Position numbers and translations under genes: made by a program. A model generated the notes under the pieces. It saw only the letters and a list, made by a program, of their open reading frames with translations, had not been told where the DNA came from and made no database searches. 64,000 bases of DNA from Verrucomicrobiota bacterium (GTDB taxonomy: Bacteria > Verrucomicrobiota > Verrucomicrobiia > Opitutales > Seribacteraceae). The stretch lies in NCBI GenBank assembly GCA_027622665.1, contig JAQBYT010000005.1, forward strand, positions 132,419 through 196,418, read 5' to 3'. Positions 57,805 to 64,000 of the stretch are shown here, piece by piece (position 1 is the stretch's first letter; each line of letters starts with the position of its first letter).

Positions 57805-58221
57805 GTGGACGAAGACTTGCATCGCGAGATTCTGGAGGGCCACGGTCGTCGTCCACGCCACAAATACGAGCTTCCCGAGGCAGAACTCGTCGGTGAATAT
57901 CGAAGCGAGTTGACGGGCAATGAATCCAAGTTGTTTCTCAAGTTAGCCACTGACGGAACTGTTGCCGAGGCAAGTTTTATGGGCCAGGGGTCAGCCCTGT
58001 CGTTGGCTTCCGGTTCTTTGATTACTAGCTATGCCCCGGGCAAAACTACGAAGGAGTTGTTGAAGCTTTGCCTTATAGTTAGCCGCGTAATGCTTGAGGG
58101 AGCGGATGAGGATCTTCCGGGCGAGATGGTTGTCTATCGTACGATTTGTCGTTTCCCCGAGCGTCACGATTGCGCTCTCCTCGCTTGGCGAGCCTTGGAG
58201 GGTGCCTTGGGAGAAGCCTAG
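57805..58221 (+). CDS. SufU/IscU (NifU-N)-like protein, degenerate
   Basis: LHREILEGHGRRPRH, ASFMGQGSALSLASGS, FPERHDCALLAWRAL. Confidence 0.75.
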   Translation: MDEDLHREILEGHGRRPRHKYELPEAELVGEYRSELTGNESKLFLKLATDGTVAEASFMGQGSALSLASGSLITSYAPGKTTKELLKLCLIVSRVMLEGADEDLPGEMVVYRTICRFPERHDCALLAWRALEGALGEA

Positions 58222-60323
58222 CTTCGGCGACGAGCCCAACCGCCTCCGTATTTTGGTTTGCCGCCATAGCCCTGGTTCCCTCTTCCGTAATTCCCCTGAG
58301 AGCGGTAGGAGGGGGTAGGTTTTTCGACCTCGTAATGGGTGTCCGGCAATTCCCGAATAAAGCGGCTTAACTGCATCCTGACCGGTGTTCCCTTTTGATT
58401 GGATAGCATGGGAAAGATCATGAACAACTCTTTCTCGGCTCTAGTTACGGCGACATAGAACAGGCGCCGTTCCTCCTCGAGGTCGCCTTCCCCGTCGATG
58501 GCTCTTTTGATGGGGAAAAGTCCGTCGGCCAAGCCTATGATAAAGACATAAGGAAACTCCAATCCTTTCGCCTGATGAATCGTCGAGAGACGCAGGCAAC
58601 TCTCTTCGGATCGTGTGACCCGATTCCCGGACTCGGAACTGAGCAATATGAGTTCGGCCAGCATTTCCGAGAGGTTGTCGTATCGGGATGCAAATTCTAT
58701 TAGGCTTTCGAGATCCTCCTCGCGATGAGCCCAGTTGTCGTAGGTATAGCGAATGAAGTCGGCATACCATCCGTTGACCGCTAGATCGACAACCTTGACG
58801 GGCGGGGAGGTGCGAGCTGCTTCATCAACTGCCTGAAGCGTTTCCACGAGGGCATCCCAATCTTCTTCGGCATCAGCAGGTATTTTTTTGGAGACTGCTT
58901 CCGTTGCGAGAGCTTCGACCATGGTGATATTGTTCTTCGATGAGACAGTTTCGGCCAAATGCAGGATTTTCGAAGCTGTCTTTTCTCCTATTTTCGGCAA
59001 CAGGCATGCAAACCGATGGAAGGCCGGAAGATCTCTCGGATTCACGATGAAGCGTAATTGTGAAACCAAGTCCTTAACGTGAGCTTGCTCAAAGAAGCGA
59101 ATGCCGCTGGTGATTACGAATGGAGTTCCTCTTCTTGAGAGCTCCATCTGAATGTCCATCGCGTGGAAGTGGGCGCGATAAAGGATAGCGATATCGGAGT
59201 AGCGAGCTCCACGGTCAATCAATCTGTCGATCCGATTCAGAACATAATCCGCTTGCTGGTAAGCATCCATCGCAGGGACGAAAACGGGGAGATTTTCGTT
59301 TGGGCGAGATGGTTTGAGGATTTTAGTGTAACTACGGTCAATGGATCTGGATTCAAGAATGTCGTTGGCCAGTTCGAGAATCTGGGGCGAGCTTCTATAG
59401 TTCGTCTCAATTTTGTAAATGGTAGTGTTTGGGTGCCGCTTAGGGAAATCGAGAATTTGATCAAGGTCCGCTCCTCGCCAAGTGTAAATGCACTGAGCGT
59501 CGTCACCGACTGCCATGATCTGGTGGTTGGCGGCAATCTTGTCGACTATGCTGGCTTGGAGGACGTTAACGTCTTGGTATTCATCCACCAGAATATGGCG
59601 GAAGCGATTTTGGTAGTAAGTCGCAGCTTCATCGTTGCTTTCCAGAACCTTTAGCCAGAGCTCCAGAAGGTCATCATAGTCCGCAAGCCCACGTTGGAGC
59701 TTGTTTTCGCGATATTCCTCTGCGAAGAACGCAATTTGCTCAGAAATATCTCTGTTTGAGGGATAACGAGCTCTTGCCGCCTCCTCCACGGGTCGCATGA
59801 CGTTTCTTGCGAAACTAATAAGATTTTTGAGCAGTTTCGGCTTTGGGTTGTCTTTTTTCTTAAGGAAGTCCGGATCGGACTCCCGAATGATTTCGCTTAG
59901 GAGGGCATCGGAGTCGGAGTCGTCGAGAATGGTGTAATTACGGGGAAGACCAACCACGTCGCCGAAACTTCTCAAGACTTGCCCGCCGACGTGATGGAAG
60001 GTGCCGCCCAAAAATTGATGGGAGGCCACTCCCGTAAGATGTTCGACGCGGTCTAGCATCTCCCTTGAGGCCTTGTTCGTAAAGGTCAGGAGCAGGATTT
60101 CTTCCGGAAGAGCTCCTTGCGTAAGCAGGTAGGCCACTCGATAGGTAAGCGTACGAGTCTTTCCTGACCCGGCTCCGGCTAGGACAATGGCAGGCCCGTC
60201 GGGAGCGGTGACTGCTGCATACTGGTCGTCGTTCAACTCGGCCCGAAAGTCGATTTGGGCTTTGGCAGGCGCTGTGGGCGCATCACCGAACAGGTCTTCA
60301 TTATCATCCTCGTAGTCGTACAC
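58218..60323 (-). CDS. UvrD/PcrA-family ATP-dependent DNA helicase
   Basis: LAGAGSGKT, LLTFTNKA, LVDEYQD, VGDDAQCIYTWRGA, NYRS, STIHQAKGLEF, EERRLFYVAVTRA. Confidence 0.95.
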   Translation of the reverse strand: MYDYEDDNEDLFGDAPTAPAKAQIDFRAELNDDQYAAVTAPDGPAIVLAGAGSGKTRTLTYRVAYLLTQGALPEEILLLTFTNKASREMLDRVEHLTGVASHQFLGGTFHHVGGQVLRSFGDVVGLPRNYTILDDSDSDALLSEIIRESDPDFLKKKDNPKPKLLKNLISFARNVMRPVEEAARARYPSNRDISEQIAFFAEEYRENKLQRGLADYDDLLELWLKVLESNDEAATYYQNRFRHILVDEYQDVNVLQASIVDKIAANHQIMAVGDDAQCIYTWRGADLDQILDFPKRHPNTTIYKIETNYRSSPQILELANDILESRSIDRSYTKILKPSRPNENLPVFVPAMDAYQQADYVLNRIDRLIDRGARYSDIAILYRAHFHAMDIQMELSRRGTPFVITSGIRFFEQAHVKDLVSQLRFIVNPRDLPAFHRFACLLPKIGEKTASKILHLAETVSSKNNITMVEALATEAVSKKIPADAEEDWDALVETLQAVDEAARTSPPVKVVDLAVNGWYADFIRYTYDNWAHREEDLESLIEFASRYDNLSEMLAELILLSSESGNRVTRSEESCLRLSTIHQAKGLEFPYVFIIGLADGLFPIKRAIDGEGDLEEERRLFYVAVTRAEKELFMIFPMLSNQKGTPVRMQLSRFIRELPDTHYEVEKPTPSYRSQGNYGRGNQGYGGKPKYGGGWARRRS

Positions 60324-60378
60324 GGGATCATACCAATCGACAAAAGAGGGCTTGCGGCAAGCGTATTTGGAAAAGTCC

Positions 60379-61503
60379 TTATCTCAAAGGGGCTAAATGA
60401 TCCCTGTGAATGACCTCGGCTCGTGCTCTTTCCGGAAAGACAAGGTGAATCTCATCGTTGCTTTTGCCTTTGACTTGAGAGAGTTCGTCGGAGCTAAACT
60501 GGCAAATCCCTCGTGCGATTATTTCACCGTCAGGGTTTTCAATGGTAACGACGTCTGATCGGGAGATTTCTCCCCGAAAGGCGACCAAGCCTTTGGCGAG
60601 GAGGCTCTTTCCTTCTTGGAGAATTGCGTGACATGCACCTTCGTCCATGACGAGGGCACCCGTGGGTTCGGGAAAAAAAGCCAGCCACTTCTTGCGTTCA
60701 TTGAGCCCTAAGCCGGCAGGAGCGAAAAAGGTCCCTGTAGCCTCGCCCTTTAGTATGAAGGGGAGACGGTCTGGTTCCATTCCGCTTCCCACAAAAACTG
60801 CGCAACCCGACATCGTGGCTATTTTAGCGGCTTCGATTTTGGTAATCATACCACCCACTGCGGTCGAGCTTTTCGTGCCTCCAGCCATGGCTTCGATGTC
60901 TGGCGTGATTTCAGAGACGAATGGTATGATTTCTCCATCTTCCGGAGAAGTCATGAGTCCCGGTGCGGTTGACAAGATCGCCAGCATTTCAGCCTTGCAG
61001 AGTGAGGCGAGAAGTGCGGACAGGACGTCGTTGTCGCCGAAGCGAATTTCCTCGTCACTTACGGAATCGTTCTCATTGATGATTGGTACAGCACCGTGCT
61101 CGAGAAGTCGCTGCAAGGTGAGTTCGACGTTTTGAGAGCTTTTTCGACTGCGGAAGTCTTCTCGAGTGAGGAGCATTTGGGCGATTATCAGACCCAGCGG
61201 TTCGAAGGCTTTGCTCCATATGTCCATTAGGAGGCTTTGTCCTATGGCGGCACAGGCTCGAAGTGTGGAAAGATCCGAGGGGCGTACGGAAAGACCAAGC
61301 TTTCCCATGCCCAGACCCACCGCACCGGAACTAACGATGATGACCTCGACCCCTTCCTGGCGCAGGTTGCGTACGGATTCTCCAAGAATCCTAAGTCTAT
61401 CAGCCTCTATTGTCCCGGGAGTGGGAGCCAAAACACCGGTTCCCAGCTTTACGACGAGACGGGACACTTTTCCTATGGATGGTTGTTGCGAGTCGGCCGT
61501 CAT
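60379..61503 (-). CDS. proB: Glutamate 5-kinase
   Basis: VVKLGT, IVSSGAV, PIINENDSV, FGDNDVLS, GGMITKIEAA, and a C-terminal PUA domain. Confidence 0.96.
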   Translation of the reverse strand: MTADSQQPSIGKVSRLVVKLGTGVLAPTPGTIEADRLRILGESVRNLRQEGVEVIIVSSGAVGLGMGKLGLSVRPSDLSTLRACAAIGQSLLMDIWSKAFEPLGLIIAQMLLTREDFRSRKSSQNVELTLQRLLEHGAVPIINENDSVSDEEIRFGDNDVLSALLASLCKAEMLAILSTAPGLMTSPEDGEIIPFVSEITPDIEAMAGGTKSSTAVGGMITKIEAAKIATMSGCAVFVGSGMEPDRLPFILKGEATGTFFAPAGLGLNERKKWLAFFPEPTGALVMDEGACHAILQEGKSLLAKGLVAFRGEISRSDVVTIENPDGEIIARGICQFSSDELSQVKGKSNDEIHLVFPERARAEVIHRDHLAPLR

Positions 61504-61639
61504 TTGACATTTGTGGCGGGTTACTGCTTAAGAATCTAGCTAGGTTGTAGTTTTCGCTACTGTTTTTTGGTGAATGTCCTAAGCAAAAAACTTTCCTTGC
61601 GGAAGATATCGAGTTTGAAAAGTAAAGTATTTCCCTCGG

Positions 61640-62197
61640 TCAAGGTTGTCTTAGATCCGCTTCTTTTGCGGTGACGGCGTTGTTGATGCGCGCAATGGCA
61701 TCGTCGACTTCCTTTTGAACCTCTTTTTCAAGTCGCTTGACGTCATCTTCGGATAGTCCTTCTTTTTGAGCGGCCTTGAGGGTGTCTAGCGCTTCTCTTC
61801 TTGCTGCTCTGGCACCAATCTTTCCTTGTTCAGCCATGCCTTGGGCCATTTTACAAAGTTCTTCTCGTCGCTCTCCGCTTAGATCGGGTATCGGTAGCCG
61901 AATTAGTTCGCCCGTGACAACCGGAGATATTCCGAGATTGGCCGCGATGAGGGCTTTTTCTATGGGGGCAACGCTTGACTTGTCCCACGGTTGTATCTGG
62001 ATTGTTCTCGCATCCGGGGTGGTGATGGCGGCAATGTCCCGGAGTTTCATTGAGCTGCCGTACACGTCGACCGTGATGTTTTCCGCCATGGATGTATTCG
62101 CCTTGCCAGTATGAAGGGTGGTGAATTCGTGTAGGGTGTGCTCGCCGGATTTGTTCAAGTCTTCTTGTAACTTGGCTATTGTTGAGTCGGTGTTCAT
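61640..62197 (-). CDS. frr: Ribosome recycling factor
   Basis: TGKAN, VDVYGS, DARTIQIQPWDK, IEKALIAANLGISP, LSEDDVKR. Confidence 0.96.
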   Translation of the reverse strand: MNTDSTIAKLQEDLNKSGEHTLHEFTTLHTGKANTSMAENITVDVYGSSMKLRDIAAITTPDARTIQIQPWDKSSVAPIEKALIAANLGISPVVTGELIRLPIPDLSGERREELCKMAQGMAEQGKIGARAARREALDTLKAAQKEGLSEDDVKRLEKEVQKEVDDAIARINNAVTAKEADLRQP

Positions 62198-62281
62198 TGC
62201 GTTTTTTCGTTTAAACTTTCAGATTCGTATTGATGGGAATTAGGCTGTCTGTCGTTTTCGTGGGCAACCGTAAAGCAAGGG

Positions 62282-63007
62282 TCAGCTCACGAGAGTGCCG
62301 ATTTTTTCACCCGTGACGGCTTGTTGGATAGAGTTTTCTTGTTGTAGGTCGAAGACAAGTATTGGCATTTGATTATCCATGCAAAGGGAGAAGGCGGTCG
62401 AATCCATTACCGAAAGCCTTTTTTCAATGCATTCCATATAGCTTAAATGCTCAAATTTTACGGCGTCGTTATGTTCGTGGGGATCCTTGTCGTAAATTCC
62501 ATCCACCTTGGTTGCCTTGAGGATGATTTCGGCGCCGATCTCACTGGCTCTAAGGGCCGCGGTGGTATCGGTGGAAAAGTACGGGTTGCCAGTGCCCGCC
62601 ACAAAAATAACGATCCGGCCGCGTTCCAAATGACGTACGGCTCGTCTTTTGATAAACGGTTCGGCCAGCTTTTCCATCGGTATTGCAGTCTGCACACGCA
62701 CAACGGCACCCATTTTCTCAAGGCAGTCCATCAACGCGAGACCATTGATTACAGTTGCCAGCATCCCCATGGAATCGCCCGTTGTTCGGTCTATTCCTTT
62801 CTTGGCTCCTCTTAGTCCACGAAATATGTTGCCGCCGCCGACGACCAAGCCCACTTCGGCGCCCAAGTCCGCCACGGCCTTGATTTCGGAGCAAACCCGT
62901 TCCAGTGATTCCGCGAAAATAGGTTCGCCCTTTTCTCGACTACCGAGGATTTCTCCGCTGATTTTAAGTATTACCCTTTTAAATTTCGTTTGGCTGTTCT
63001 CACTCAT
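62282..63007 (-). CDS. pyrH: Uridylate kinase
   Basis: [63 protein letters not shown]. Confidence 0.97.
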   Translation of the reverse strand: MSENSQTKFKRVILKISGEILGSREKGEPIFAESLERVCSEIKAVADLGAEVGLVVGGGNIFRGLRGAKKGIDRTTGDSMGMLATVINGLALMDCLEKMGAVVRVQTAIPMEKLAEPFIKRRAVRHLERGRIVIFVAGTGNPYFSTDTTAALRASEIGAEIILKATKVDGIYDKDPHEHNDAVKFEHLSYMECIEKRLSVMDSTAFSLCMDNQMPILVFDLQQENSIQQAVTGEKIGTLVS

Positions 63008-63078
63008 ATTTGACTTTGCTGATAAGGTCTCCTCTCTTGACTTCGAGGAATCGTTTCGGCAACATTAAAGGGTAGTTA

Positions 63079-63152
63079 AGCCTGGTGGTGTAATGGTAGC
63101 ACAGATGTTTTTGGTACATCTAGTCGGGGTTCGAATCCCTGCCGGGCTGCCA
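63079..63152 (+). tRNA. tRNA-Gln(TTG)
   Basis: Acceptor stem AGCCTGG/CCGGGCT; D-arm GTGTAATGGTAGCAC; anticodon stem GATGT/ACATC with loop TTTTGGT; T-loop TTCGAAT; encoded CCA. Confidence 0.95.
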
Positions 63153-63447
63153 TCCTCTTATGGGGCAAGACCGCATTCAGCCAAGGTGGTGGGGATGAAC
63201 TGGTATCGAAGTAGTGACTTGTCGTGTCCTTGCTTAGCAACCTAGGATTACATGAACCACGATTGGCACTGGAAACCTGAAACTGATTAACCGTTTCTTT
63301 CCTTAAGGTGGGTTTGCCGATGCCGATAGTTAAAGTCGGAAAGCAACACCGAACTGCTGATAGCTTCTTCGAGAGAGCTGGAGTTTGAATTCGTTTTTCC
63401 CGGACACTCAATTTTTCAAGGAGTAGACCCATGACGGCGGGTTTGGT

Positions 63448-64000
63448 CTAATTGTTGAGCGGTGGCGGAGGAGGAGGTACTGAAAACGGATCGAAATCAG
63501 CGGGTGGCGGAGGTGGTGCCGCTGGCGGTGGAGGAGGAGTCCCAAACGGATCGTTCTGTACGGGCGCCGTGATAGCGGGAGGAACCGCCAAGTCGAAAGG
63601 ATCCGGTTCCTCGACAGGTTTTGCGGGGGGGGCAATGTCGTTGGGCGGTGTGGGTGTGGGTTCGGGTGCCGATGCCTGAGGTGGAGCGGCCGGCGTACCA
63701 AATATCTCTTCCAGTGGAATAGCTGGCAGAGGTGGAAGTGGTTCTGGGGGCGGTGGATTGGAGATTGGATCTTCTATCTCAGGGACGTTAACCGGTGGTG
63801 GTATGGTTGCTGGTGTTTCCGGGGCAGGGAGTTGCGGTGCAGGTGGTGGCAAGTCAGGCGAAAACGGATCGGGGGCACTGGGAACCGGAGGTGAATCAAA
63901 TGGGTTCACGGTTTCATCAGGCGGAGGGGGAGGTGCCACGGGTTTTGGGGTTCCGGAAAACGGATCTATGCCGGCTGGATCCGGCGGTGAGGGTGGGGGG
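63448..64000 (-). CDS. C-terminal proline-rich region of a protein starting beyond the window
   Basis: Pro-rich minus-strand frame, apparently continuing to the window edge, with recurring (D/N)PF motifs. Confidence 0.65.
   Translation of the reverse strand, partial: PPPSPPDPAGIDPFSGTPKPVAPPPPPDETVNPFDSPPVPSAPDPFSPDLPPPAPQLPAPETPATIPPPVNVPEIEDPISNPPPPEPLPPLPAIPLEEIFGTPAAPPQASAPEPTPTPPNDIAPPAKPVEEPDPFDLAVPPAITAPVQNDPFGTPPPPPAAPPPPPADFDPFSVPPPPPPLNN

Noticed and set aside
63076..63432. 118-aa minus-strand ORF
   Set aside because: It overlaps the tRNA-Gln antisense; its C-terminus (QGFEPRL...VLPLHHQA) is a typical reverse-tRNA translation.
63153..63447. Integrative element at the tRNA-Gln 3' end
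   Set aside because: No integrase gene and no duplicate of the tRNA 3' end was seen in the window.

Overview
Bacterial chromosomal window. Gene content suggests Verrucomicrobiota, probably Opitutales (inference from the PVC-type ExbB/TPR cluster, PmoA/DUF6807, ThuA and Gfo/Idh/MocA genes, a PQQ-dehydrogenase/cytochrome c fusion and a Trp-rich surface-protein C-terminal domain). From left to right: an ExbB/TolQ gene preceded by three TPR-type genes; two divergent peptide ABC systems (Yej-like on the minus strand, Opp-like on the plus strand); a toxin-antitoxin (TA) pocket with phd-relE (toxin degenerate) and hicBA around palindromic repeats; a LysM amidase, a Fur-family regulator and a large GH42-like protein; an amino-sugar catabolic cluster interrupted by a hicAB cassette flanked by a 114-bp direct duplication; a repeat/TA array (brnTA, orphan hicB) leading into a roughly 10.6-kb mosaic island closed by the same repeats; then housekeeping genes (dcd, sufU-like, uvrD/pcrA, proB, frr, pyrH, tRNA-Gln). 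The island holds an RCC1 chimera, esterases, a signal-peptide-bearing proteasome-beta-like gene and gene debris. The main highlights are: (1) a polar family of GTCATTGCGAG...CTCGCAATGAC structured repeats that separates TA cassettes and brackets the island in an integron-like way, with no recombinase in view; (2) a minimal, integrase-free hicAB cassette with a long target duplication; (3) a putative exported Thr1 proteasome-beta/Ntn homolog that may be activated by signal-peptide removal. All protein assignments are by motif recognition only; no searches were run.
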